Both the position numbers and the translations under genes were made by a program. This document shows positions 1 through 18,547 of a stretch of 64,000 nucleotides of DNA, one piece after another. Source of the stretch: Macrostomum lignano. Lineage: Eukaryota. Below the pieces are notes generated by a model. The model searched no databases and was not told the DNA's origin. It saw only the letters and a list, made by a program, of their open reading frames with translations. The stretch covers positions 47,237 through 111,236 of the forward strand of contig NIVC01001360.1 of NCBI GenBank assembly GCA_002269645.1. Reading direction: 5' to 3'. Each line of letters opens with the position of its first letter. Within the stretch, counting starts at the first letter, position 1.

Positions 1-2293
1 ATCTTCGCGTACTCGCACTCCGTCTTCTACAACGCCGGCGTGGACCCCGAAGCCATTCAGTACGCCATCATCGGCACCGGCGTCATTAACGTTGTCGTCA
101 CTTTCATCAGCCTGGCGCTGATCGAAAAAGTCGGCCGCAGGAAGCTTCTACTGATCCCGAACTGGATCCTGGTAGGCAGCCTGCTGGTGCTGACGGCCTG
201 CATCAACCAGCAGTCCAACTTCGCCTGGCTGAACTACTTCACCATCTGCATCATGCTGGCCTACATTGTCGGCTTTGGCCTGGGCTTTGGTGAGTCTGGG
301 TGGATGTTTGGGTGGATGGGTTCCTGGCCCTTCGGAAACTTTAATACAACCGCACAGACTAGTAAAATGGTAAACGCTTGAGTAAGAGCTCTACAGACTT
401 GAGTAGAAGCAAACAGACCTGAGTAGAAGCGAACAGACTTGAGTAGAATCGAACAGACTTGAGTAGAATCGAACAGACTTGAGTAGAAGCGAACAGATTT
501 GAGTAGAATCGAACAGACTTGAGTAGAAGCGAACAGATTTGAGTAGAACCGCGTAAACTTTTCTCGCAGGCCCGCTCACCTCGATGATTACCTGCGAGAC
601 GTTCGAGCAGCAGGCGCGGCCTCAGGCGATGGCCGTCATCCAGACTGTGCACTACGTCAGCTGCTTCGTCCTCATGCTCACCTTCAAGTTCATGGAGGTG
701 AGTGCTGTTCATCGCCTTCACGCTGGCAATTCAGTGCAGTCAGTGGCAATTCAGTGCAGTCAGTGGCAATTCAGTGCAGTCAGTGGCAATTCAGTGCAGT
801 CAGTGGCAATTCAGTGCAGTCAGTGGCAATTCAGTGCAGTCAGTGGCAATTCAGTGCAGTCAGTGGCAATTCAGTGCAGTCAGTGGCAATTCAGTGCAGT
901 CAGTGGCAATTCAGTGCAGTCAGTGGCAATTCAGTGCAGTCAGTGGCAATTCAGTGCAGTCAGTGGCAATTCAGTGCAGTCAGTGGCAATTCAGTGCAGT
1001 CAGTGGCAATTCAGTGCAGTCAGTGGCAATTCAGTGCAGTCAGTGGCAATTCAGTGCAGTCAGTGGCAATTCAGTGCAGTCAGTGGCAATTCAGTGCAGT
1101 CAGTGGCAATTCAGTGCAGTCAGTGGCAACTCAGTGCAGTCAGTGGCAATTCAGTGCAGTCAGTGGCAATTCAGTGCAGTCAGTGGCAATTCAGTGCAGT
1201 CAGTGGCAATTCAGTGCAGTCAGTGGCAATTCAGTGCAGTCAGTGGCAATTCAGTGCAGTCAGTGGCAACTCAGTGCAGTCAGTGGCAATTCAGTGCAGT
1301 CAGTGGCAACTCAGTGCAGTCAGTGGCAATTCAGTGCAGTCAGTGGCAATTCAGTGCAGTCAGTGGCAACTCAGTGCAGTCAGTGGCAATTCAGTGCAGT
1401 CAGTGGCAATTCAGTGCAGTCAGTGGCAATTCAGTGCAGTCAGTGGCAATTCAGTGCAGTCAGTGGCAACTCAGTGCAGTCAGTGGCAATTCAGTGCAGT
1501 CAGTGGCAATTCAGTGCAGTCAGTGGCAATTCAGTGCAGTCAGTGGCAACTCAGTGCAGTCAGTGGCAATTCAGTGCAGTCAGTGGCAATTCAGTGCAGT
1601 CAGTGGCAATTCAGTGCAGTCAGTGGCAATTCAGTGCAGTCAGTGGCAATTCAGTGCAGTCAGTGGCAATTCAGTGCAGTCAGTGGCAACTCAGTGCAGT
1701 CAGTGGCAATTCAGTGCAGTCAGTGGCAATTCAGTGCAGTCAGTGGCAATTCAGTGCAGTCAGTGGCAATTCAGTGCAGTCAGTGGCAACTCAGTGCAGT
1801 CAGTGGCAATTCAGTGCAGTCAGTGGCAATTCAGTGCAGTCAGTGGCAATTCAGTGCAGTCAGTGGCAATTCAGTGCAGTCAGTGGCAACTCAGTGCAGT
1901 CAGTGGCAATTCAGGCAGTTGCTGAGCAAATCCGACCTCCCCGCCTCCCACCCGCAGGCCGCCATGAAGGAGTTCATCTTCATGCTGTTTGCCTGCATCG
2001 TTGCCGTGGCGACCACCTACCTGATGTTCTACCTGCCCGAGAGCGCCCACCGCAGCGTCAAGGAGGTTGTGGCCGACATCAAGGATGGCTGGCGCTGGCG
2101 GCCCTGCAACGGTTCGGACGGTGCCGAGTCCGAGGGCGCCGAGATCGCGCGGAAGCGCCGAAAGCGCGGCAGCAGTGGCACGTACATCAAGCGGGCCGAC
2201 GCCCGGCCGGAGGACCTGCAGCTGCAGGCGGCGGTCACCACCCCGCTACGGAAGGCGGACTACGATGCCGATGACGACCTGGAGGAGGCCTAA
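1..2293 (+). CDS. Facilitated sugar transporter (GLUT/SLC2 family), 3' part; join(<1..289,570..697,1958..2293)
   Basis: Hydrophobic TM segments with GRR (EKVGRRKL), GFGLGFG-GP, E-x-F-x-x-x-x-R-P and YLPES motifs. Donors gtgagt at 290 and 698; acceptors ctcgcag (569) and cccgcag (1957); phases consistent; TAA at 2291-2293. Confidence 0.9.
378..550. repeat. 20-bp minisatellite (GAGTAGAAGCGAACAGACTT), ~8 copies, in a GLUT intron
   Basis: Direct tandem copies visible. Confidence 0.9.
723..1915. repeat. 20-bp minisatellite (CAGTGGCAATTCAGTGCAGT), ~60 near-perfect copies, filling a GLUT intron
   Basis: Exact 20-bp register; only T/C variants. Explains the SVQSVAIQC ORFs. Confidence 0.98.
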
Positions 2294-4023
2294 GGCTGGG
2301 CTTGGGCTACAGCCACTGACTGCGAGCTGAATTTCCAGTCAACGAATGGCCTGGAAGAGTTGCACGTACTTTGTAACTGTGCCTGCACAGACAGCTCTCT
2401 GCACTCCCGCAGCTCACAGTTGTGCCATAGAGCTGTGCACTGTAGCAGCTAGAATGAAACTCTGAGTTTGCTGGCTCATACAACAGGGATTGGCCATTGT
2501 ATAGCAAAGCAATCACATTCAACCCCGTGTAGGCGGGAGTCCCCGGGGTTTCAAGAAGCTTCATTCGACAGCACAAGGGTAGGGAGTTGATTTCCATCAT
2601 CAGAAGAGTGTTAATTGCTTCCACTGGCTTTAGCATCAAAACAATGCTAAAAAACTTAGTAAATTCACTTGGACAATCCGCAGCTTCTCGATGCAGATGT
2701 GCTGATTCTGTACTCCCGCCCGCGCAGGCCTCACTAATACCGTACCGCAGGCACTCGCAGCTTCAATACTCATTTCAAATCAATCATTGCTCTGTAGGGC
2801 CGCACTAATCCAAAACAGTTCGATTTTTCATTTCACTTGTTTGCTAAATTTTTGTTTTGCGTTCCCGCGCTTCATTTATTCATTCTGCGCCTCCGAATGA
2901 GCTTCGCCTAGCAAGCCGCTCCGCTCCGCCATCAATAAATCCTGCTCAAACCGTCCGCCCGGTCTTGAGTTTCATTTACGCGCAGATTTGTGTCACAAAG
3001 ACGCCGCAGGCAATTGTGCCCGGCCGGCTGGTTTATCTGGCGTGTCGGGGCAGATTGATGAGAGCTGCCAGCACCTGTCAGTCACCCGGGCCGTACAACT
3101 GCAGGCGGGGCTCCCCTCTGGTGCAGATTTAAACTGGCGAGCTGGCATTGATAAGCGGTGGGTGTGCGATGCCACACCTGCCAGGTACTTGTTTCAGGTG
3201 GGCAGATTGACAGCTCGAATAGTGATTGTGCGGCTGTGCAAACAGCTGTGCCGCCACTCGTCACGTGCGATGGCTTATCTGCGACAAACTATTGTATGCT
3301 ATAGTAAGCGGAGATTAAGCAAGCAGAGCCAAAAACTGACCAGCAAGTTGTGGCTGCAAGTTTTGCAAGACTTACTGATTATATTCAGGACTGACAGCCT
3401 GTCAGTGAGAATCTGCTTCGGTCTTGCTGCACCGAAAGCCGCGTGAGCAGCGCAGTGACGAAGTGCAAATATATTCGGAAAGCAAATAAACAAAGGAGAC
3501 GCTTAGGAAACTGCAGTGTGACGCCATTAGCGAGGCTTATAAAGAAGCTATAACAAGCATATAGCGGATTTGATCAACATCTGCTTGACTCTACTTACAG
3601 TAGCTTACCTGAAAATACAACGGATTTTTAAGTTGAAAGTGAAACGCTGCTGAAGTACATAGAAAAAATTACATCGGAAATTTTCCTGCAACCTGGGACT
3701 TGCGAGCAGCAAAGGGGTGCTCAACTGCAATTCTTTAAATGCCTGTATTGACATTTCTCCCCACCTCTGCACTACAGGACTCAAACTGTTTGGCATGTGG
3801 TCGAGAGTTAATCAAGATAAACCAATTAAAACCCTCGTCCCTCTGCATCTCTGCCAACCCAGTGTGACAAATTTAGGAATTTTGGGTCTCGTGTCAGCCT
3901 CGAAAATATCAGATCCAGACGGACTCCAAAACAGTTACACGGCCAGGCCGAGATTGCATTTTCTGGCACCCCCGTTTCCACAGGATGCTTGCTGCCAGTT
4001 CCGGGCGGGTCAGTGGCAGGAGC

Positions 4024-4186
4024 TCAGCCGGGTCACCACAGCCGGGTCACCACAGCCGGGTCACCACAGCCGGGTCACCACAGCCGGGTCACCACAGCCG
4101 GGTCACCACAGCCGGGTCACCACAGCCGGGTCACCACAGCCGGGTCACCACAGTCGGGTCACCACAGCCGGGTCACCACAGCCGGG
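4024..4186. repeat. 14-bp minisatellite (CCGGGTCACCACAG), ~11 copies
   Basis: Direct tandem copies. Confidence 0.92.
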
Positions 4187-4268
4187 TGTGGCTGTAGTGC
4201 CGCCGCAAGCCCTGCTGGTAGTCGTACGCTGCTGGCGGGAAGTAGCGCGACTTCATCGCCAGCTCCGG

Positions 4269-4310
<42 letters not shown>

Positions 4311-4695
4311 GCCGTACAGGGCGGAATTGGCCAGGTTGGGGTTTGAGCGGGTGCGGGACAGCTGCTGCTGCTGCTGCTGCTGGTGCTGGTAGCTGGCGAG
4401 GCCTGGCAGGACGCCGAGCCCCACCGGCTCCGTTGGCGACTGGCGCTGCTGCCGCTGTTGCTGCCGGCTCAGTGATGGCGACCGCCCGAGGCTGCCGGTG
4501 TGCTGCGGCGACGCACGACGAGCAGCGAACGCAGCCTCCATCAGCTCCGCGTCGGAGGCTGCAGTGGGGAGGTCAAGGGTGAGCTCAATTAGTGCAGTTC
4601 GGCTGCAGGATCCTACTATCAGTAGAAATACGCGCATATTAAGTAAAATAATTTTGCCAGCGACAGTTACGAGTAATCCGTAGCCAGAGAGAACA

Positions 4696-5617
4696 AACAG
4701 TGTGCCTCATGTTATCCATGGCGTACACACAGTGTGCCTCATGTTATCCATGGTGTACACACAGTGTGCCTCATGTTATCCATGGTGTACACACAGTGTG
4801 CCTCATGTTATCCATGGCGTACACACAGTGTGCCTCATGTTATCCATGGTGTACACACAGTGTGCCTCATGTTATCCATGGCGTACACACAGTGTGCCTC
4901 ATGTTATCCATGGCGTACACACAGTGTGCCTCATGTTATCCATGGTGTACACACAGTGTGCCTCATGTTATCCATGGTGTACACACAGTGTGCCTCATGT
5001 TATCCATGGTGTACACACAGTGTGCCTCATGTTATCCATGGTGTACACACAGTGTGCCTCATGTTATCCATGGTGTACACACAGTGTGCCTCATGTTATC
5101 CAAGGTGTACACACAGTGTGCCTCATGTTATCCATGGTGTACACACAGTGTGCCTCATGTTATCCATGGTGTACACACAGTGTGCCTCATGTTATCCATG
5201 GTGTACACACAGTGTGCCTCATGTTATCCATGGTGTACACACAGTGTGCCTCATGTTATCCATGGTGTACACACAGTGTGCCTCATGTTATCCATGGTGT
5301 ACACACAGTGTGCCTCATGTTATCCATGGTGTACACACAGTGTGCCTCATGTTATCCATGGTGTACACACAGTGTGCCTCATGTTATCCATGGTGTACAC
5401 ACAGTGTGCCTCATGTTATCCATGGTGTACACACAGTGTGCCTCATGTTATCCATGGTGTACACACAGTGTGCCTCATGTTATCCATGGTGTACACACAG
5501 TGTGCCTCATGTTATCCATGGTGTACACACAGTGTGCCTCATGTTATCCATGGTGTACACACAGTGTGCCTCATGTTATCCATGGTGTACACACAGTGTG
5601 CCTCATGTTATCCATGT
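4696..5617. repeat. 32-bp minisatellite (CAGTGTGCCTCATGTTATCCATGGTGTACACA), ~29 copies
   Basis: 32-bp period; lies between the 4558 and 5675 minus-strand exons. Confidence 0.97.
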
Positions 5618-5910
5618 TCACACACTACTCAGTAGTAGCATCAGCGGTAGCACAGTCAGGTCGCGGAAACTCACGCAAGATTTCTTGTCGGTAAGGCGAA
5701 GCCGAGTGCCCGCCACCACCGACTGGCGGGGTGCCGCCCGTCCGCTGCGGCTGCTGCGGTGGCGGCTGCGGGGACGGAGGCGGGAGCCCCGCTGAGTGCC
5801 GACCGGCGCTGCTGGGCTGCTGCTGCCGCCTCGCCGATGAAGGCGCCTTCCGTGGCGTCTGTCTGGATGACTGAAAGTTGCAGCGGGGTTCCGGAATTTC
5901 CTGTGCGCTG

Positions 5911-6559
5911 GCTTTGGATTGAGGACCATGGCTTTGGATTGAGGACCATGGCTTTGGATTGAGGACCATGGCTTTGGATTGAGGACCATGGCTTTGGATT
6001 GAGGACCATGGCTTTGGATTGAAGACCACGGCTTTGGATTGAGGACCATGGCTTTGGATTGAGAACCATGGCTTTGGATTGAGGACCATGGCCTTGGATT
6101 GAGGACCATGGCTTTGGATTGAGGACCATGGCTTTGGATTGAGGACGATGGCTTTGGATTGAGGACCATGGCCTTGGATTGAGGACCGTGGCTTTGGATT
6201 GAGGACCATGGCTTTGGATTGAGGACCATGGCTTTGGATTGAGGACCATGGCTTTGGATTGAGGACCATGGCTTTGGATTGAGGACCATGGCTTTGGATT
6301 GAGGACCATGGCTTTGGATTGAGGACCATGGCCTTGGATTGAGGACCATGGCTTTGGATTGAGGACCATGGCTTTGGATTGAGGACCATGGCTTTGGATT
6401 GAGGACCATGGCTTTGGATTGAGGACCATGGCTTTGGATTGAGGACCATGGCTTTGGATTGAGGACCATGGCTTTGGATTGAGGACCATGGCTTTGGATT
6501 GAGGACCATGGCTTTGGATTGAGGACCATGGCTTTGGATTGAGGACCATGGCTTTGGAT
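5911..6559. repeat. 20-bp minisatellite (GCTTTGGATTGAGGACCATG), ~32 copies
   Basis: Exact 20-bp register. Confidence 0.97.
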
Positions 6560-6698
6560 ATCGGCGGGATTGAGGATCACAGGTTTTGGATTGAGGACCA
6601 CTGGATTTAGATTGAGGACTGCAGGATTTGGGTATGGGCAGGATTTTTAGCGTAATTTTCAGCGTATAGTGAGAAGCGTAATTTTTTAGCTTCTCACC

Positions 6699-7262
6699 CC
6701 AAACACGTACCAAACGCATACCAAACGCATACCAAACACATACCAAACACATACCAAACACGTACCAAACGCATACCAAACACATGCCAAACGCATACCA
6801 AACACATACCAAACACATACCAAACACATACCAAACACATACCAAACACATACCAAAGACATGCCAAACGCATACCAAACACATACCAAACACATACCAA
6901 ACGCATACCAAACACATACCAAACGCATACCAAACACATACCAAACACATACCAAACACATACCAAAGACATGCCAAACGCATACCAAACACATACCAAA
7001 CACATACCAAACACATACCAAACACATACCAAACACGTGCCAAACGCATACCAAGCACATACCAAACACATACCAAACACATACCAAACACATACCAAAC
7101 ACATACCAAAGACATGCCAAACGCATACCAAACACATACCAAACACATACCAAACACATACCAAACACGTGCCAAACGCATACCAAGCACATACCAAACG
7201 CATACCAAGCACATACCAAACGCATACCAAGCACATACCAAACGCATACCAAACACATACCA
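6699..7262. repeat. 11-bp minisatellite (CCAAACACATA), ~50 copies
   Basis: 11-bp period with G/A variants. Confidence 0.95.
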
Positions 7263-7649
7263 TGCACATACCTCTAGCAGCTCAGTCCTCTGAGACCCCA
7301 GCCTGCCCACTCACCGGCAGCAGAGACTTCCGGTCGCCAAGGGTTGCTGATGGAGCTGTCGGTTGAAAAAAACATGCGTTTTGTGTTAATAAAACATGCA
7401 AAATTTGTGTTTAGCATTATTTGGACCAGTCTTTGCAGAAAATTTAATGAGTACTAAACTCACTAGCTAGTTAAAGTAGGACTACAGGATATTCTGGTTA
7501 TTTTCATCATACTATTTTCAATTCTCTATGACTAACATTCACGCTAATTGTCAATATCAGCATCCAAGCGTCTTGAAGGCAGCAAGCAGGGCGCTAAGAG
7601 ACCGCTGTGGGCAATAGGGAGACTGGAGATAATGGGGAAAGACTGGGGA

Positions 7650-8330
7650 AGGAGATGGGATGGGGAGAGACTGGGGGAATGAGGAGATGGGTTGGGGAGA
7701 GACTGGGGGAATGAGGAGATGGGATGGGGAGAGACTGGGGGAATGAGGAGATGGGATGGGGAGAGACTGGGGGAATGAGGAGATGGGATGGGGAGAGACT
7801 AGGGGAATTAGGAGATGGGATGGGGAGAGACTGGGGGAATGAGATGGGATGGGGAGAGAACGTGGGAGGAGAAGATGGGATGGGAGAGACTGGGGAGGAG
7901 AAGATGGGATGGGAGAGACTGGGGAGGAGAAGATGGGATGGGAGAGACTTGTGGGAGGATATGGGATGGGAGAGACTTGTGGGAGGAGATGGGATGGGAG
8001 AGACTTGTGGGAGTATATGGGATGGGAGAGACTTGTGGGAGGAGATGGGATGGGAGAGACTTGTGGGAGGATATGGGATGGGAGAGACTTGTGGGAGGAG
8101 ATGGGATGGGAGAGACTTGTGGGAGGATATGGGATGGGAGAGACTTGTGGGAGGAGATGGGATGGGAGAGACTTGTGGGAGGATATGGGATGGGAGAGAC
8201 TTGTGGGAGGAGATGGAATGGGAGAGACTTGTGGGAGGAGATGGGATGGGAGAGAACGGGGGATGAGGAGATGGGAAGGGAGAGACTTGTGGGAGAAGAT
8301 GGGATGGGAGATACTGGAGATGAGATGGGG
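7650..8330. repeat. Purine-rich 28-32-bp minisatellite (ATGGGATGGGAGAGACTTGTGGGAGGAG and a 32-bp variant)
   Basis: Tandem G-rich units of two subtypes. Confidence 0.92.
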
Positions 8331-8613
8331 AGGAGAGTGTGAGAGGAAAAACACACCTTGCGCATACAAAGTGTCAATCACAGCCCCTTCACAGAGTTTA
8401 GTGCCAAGCGTTAGGGCGATGTCAAAGTTCTTCGATTCCGCCTTCCGACCCTTCTGGCCATAGACGGCAAGCAGTTCCGATTCAGAGGAGGAAGGGGAGG
8501 CAGCCCGAACCCAGAGCTGAGGCTGCTGCCGCTTTGAGACTCCGCCTGACCACCCGCCCCGGCTGCAGAATTCTCGCTGAGACCCGGCAGGCCAGACAGA
8601 AGGACGGACGGAC

Positions 8614-12985
<4,372 letters not shown>

Positions 12986-13244
12986 CGCGGTCTCAAAATG
13001 CTTTATTTTTTGCTTTTCTTTCTTTATGGGAAAAGCTAAAAATGTGTTTTAAAGATTAATTATTAAAAAAGACTGCAATTTCCTATAAAAATAATAGGAA
13101 ATAAACTGTCAAAAACCAAATTTACTTTCAATTCTCTTTGGTTTGAGAATTTGCGAATTTCTCAATGGGATGCTTTCTTATTCATTTGAGCTCCGAGAAG
13201 CCGAAGCGCAAGTAAGGAATCTAAAGAGAGCATTTTACACTCAC

Positions 13245-15212
<1,968 letters not shown>

Positions 15213-17208
15213 CCTTTAACTGTTGTATCAAATAAAAAAGATTAATAGGAAATCTAACGCATTATGGAAAATAAATAAAACTAGAAACCAATGAAAGACG
15301 AACCAATGTAATGTAATCGTCATGGAATTTAAAAGTATTTCTAGATTTTATAAGTGTCCTGCGCGTCTATAGTTGTTTGGTCGATATTATCTTATTATTT
15401 TAATATAAAAATTTATTATTATTTCGTAGGTATAAGTTCCCTAAAGTTTGGACTATGTCGAATCTTAAGTGCCCATAAATTGTACCTTTGTTTCACTTTA
15501 CTTTTCTAAGAAACAAAATATTTTCGATTCTGATTTTGTAGCCACGGTTGACCACCACCAGCATTGCATGCATAGAGTCTTGATCGCACGCTTACGTCGC
15601 TTGCTCAGTCAGACAAATCGCCATCCTGTAAGCCTAAAGATTAGGCAAAAATATCTGTAATGCCGAAATCTAGGGAATTTTAGCCTCCGTGACTCTACAT
15701 GCTACGCACGACGTCGACATGCAAATAGTGTAAATAAACTTGCCTAGCTAGTTTAGACTGTTTAGTTAAGCCTAGGCTACATTTGGTCTTCTATAATTTA
15801 GCTAGTTTAATTTAAGCTAAATAAAGATTGACTAAAGCTAGGAGCCCAACAAGTTTCCAATTGTTTAGCATTCTGTTTTGCTATTTAACACTATATAATT
15901 AGTTCAATATCCTATATTTTGTTTTATTAGATTATTTGCATCCTTGCAGCTTTAACTTGAATTTTGTTGCTTATGGCTATATATGGCTAGGCTAAGCAAT
16001 TATAGAAATGAGCTATTTTTTTGTAGCAACTTAATGCATTAGTCTTATCTTTAGCACTAGTGATGGCATCGGCATGGAGGCTGTGTTAATGTCCAATAAC
16101 TGATGCAACAGCAAGCCCTGGATGCCCACTATAGGTCACTGTTCTACTATGCCCTGTGCATGCACTACCCTGATACTGTGCCAACCAGGGACCTGATGAC
16201 TTGCACTGGTGTTCTTGCGCTTAGCTGCACTAGGCTTATCCATAAATGCTGTTAGATGTTACTTGGCCACTGCCTAAGAAGCCACAGCCCAGACTCCGGA
16301 TAGTATATATGTACGCCAGAATTTTTGGGTGTACAGAGGGACCTAGATTACACATTGGCATACAACTTGGCATACAAAGGCGCCTGGCATGCCCTCTTGG
16401 AGTACAACTTGGTGTATAGAGATTGCCAAGACCAGCAGGTGGGACCAAAAGTTCTGAGTCCCAACAATCAATCTACATAATTAGCATACAAAAATGATTA
16501 ATTTTGCATTTGGTATAGTTTCCATGTACATAGTTACAGTAACAAAATTTTGATCAGAAAGAATAGCCAGCCCTTTACAAAAAAAATAGAAAACTAAATA
16601 AATAAAAATGGGGTTTAACTTTTCCAAGAAAGTAAAAGTAAAACAAAAATAGTTAAAATGAACTAGTTCTCTACAGTTTAGTAAAAAGATTTTCAGTTAT
16701 AACATATAGGATATTTGAATATTAAAATTTTGCAAGCTTTTGATATTAGTTGTAAATTGTAATTTTTATTTTGGCATATTTTTATGCAATAAAAAGTTTG
16801 TTGGCATACATTGGCATGCATGAGCTACAGAAGCAATTTTTGTTCCGGCATACAGCGGTACACAATCCTAACCCTGGGCCACGGCCACGGCGAGCAAAAT
16901 CCTCTGGCGCTGGCTCTCCTGCATCAGCTTACTGAGCACCTGCACTATGGCCAAGGCCAAACTGTGATGCTAAATAATATGTTTCTGACTGACTTACAGG
17001 CCATTGGGCTCAGCCCCTAGTCTGCCATGACCTCCCCTTCTCAGTTGTTTTTAGTTGTTTTGCAAATGTGCCGGCACAAAGTCTAGCTAGATCTCTTTTT
17101 GTCTGCTACTCTCTGTGTTGCTATATATATAGTGATAGATCTGAATATTCAGATTGAGAATCCAAATCTAAAAAAATGTCTCAGTTTTTTAGAACTACAA
17201 ATGTTTTG

Positions 17209-18547
17209 GGCAATTGTCAAGTTCCATTTGTAAAATTATTTTAACTCCAGAAAAGTAATCTATGAACTATTTTAAGTACAAAAAACTACTGTTAAGAGAC
17301 CTAAGCCTGATCAAGTACTAATTCTATGCTTTTAAACTTGTAATGGGTCTGACACTGTAAAGCCACAAATAGTCTATGGCCAAAATGTTAAAAAATCAAT
17401 AAGTCTCAATGGAAACAAATAACAAGTCTTATTATTGTCTATGGTCAAATTGTTAACAAACATTAAAAGCTTTATACTATATTAATGAGAAATCCAATAA
17501 AGGATATTCCCAAATGGCTTTACTGGGTGCAGACAATGCCACATCAATTCCTTTAAATATATTTCAAATAGGACTTGTGAGGCATGGCATGTAGCTTAGC
17601 CTTACAATGCACCCATGTGCCTTTGACCAGATTTGTATGGATAGTTGGGTCCTGCAGATGCACAAAAGCCAGTTGATTAATGACTGCATGGTTTTATAGT
17701 TGGCCATAGGCTTGCTAGCCATTGGTAATTATGCGCATCCCTGGGAGCACATGCTGTTGAACAATTGGTAACATTGTTGCAGCAGTATGGTTAGGCATAG
17801 CAACTAGAACGCACTTGCGTGTTCTACGCTTAATCATGCCTAGTACCCACTAACCATGCCAATAGGTACCTTGGTGGTACTTGTGATAGAAGAAATATGA
17901 CTCATCAATTTCCACCTCTTGCCTAGCACTACCAAACTATATTGGATGGTCCAGTAAGTATAAATGGGGCACAAATGTCACGAATAAAGTTCTACCAGTC
18001 AATCATTGACTGATAGCTAGCATACATACTGGCATACACATTCTTGCTGCCTAGTATCCACTGACCACTAGGGCCTAGTCGATTATGTCAATAAGTTGGC
18101 ACAGCTCTAGGTGGCTCCCTTCAAAAAAAATCCTTCCAGATTGAGACTTGGGCATGGCGACCAGGACAGGCCCAAGCATACTCATTGATGAACCAATCAC
18201 ATTGACAATTTTGCAGTCAAAGAGGCACACCAGGGCAGTTATTACATGCATACTGGTTGGCAATAAGTTGGTAGGTTGCTAGCCAGTTAATTAGGTTGCA
18301 TGTTGTAGCTATCATCACAGCAAAGTCTCCCATGGTTATTTCCATATCACAAATCAAGTTGCAAAATGTTTAAACATTTTGGCCATAGACTATTTGCAGC
18401 TTTCCAGTATCAGTCCCATTACAACAAGTTTAGAAGCATAGAATTAGTGCTTAATCAGGCTTAGGTCTCTTAAAAGTAGTTTTTTGTACTTCAAATAGTT
18501 TATAGATTACTTTTCTGGAGTCAAAATAATAGAACTTGACAATTGCC
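17209..18547. mobile_element. Non-autonomous DNA transposon with ~180-bp TIRs and 8-bp TSD (ATGTTTTG)
   Basis: 17209-17389 is the imperfect reverse complement of 18373-18547; termini GGCAATTG...CAATTGCC; ATGTTTTG at 17201-17208 and 18548-18555. Confidence 0.8.

Noticed and set aside
4696-5617. 32-bp palindrome-containing repeat resembling a CRISPR array
   Set aside because: Units are contiguous with no unique spacers, the context is eukaryotic, and there are no cas genes.
7557-7604. Strong minus-strand acceptor (tattgcccacag) next to the purine repeat
   Set aside because: All three frames stop within ~60 nt; with the phase-1 donor at 8357 it adds only AVS-stop. It may be an alternative terminal exon but cannot be supported further.
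16811-17020. Short ORF with GQGQTVMLNNMFLT, faintly like a piggyBac DNFF motif
   Set aside because: Too short, lacks the catalytic Asp, and no TTAA/TIR structure was seen.
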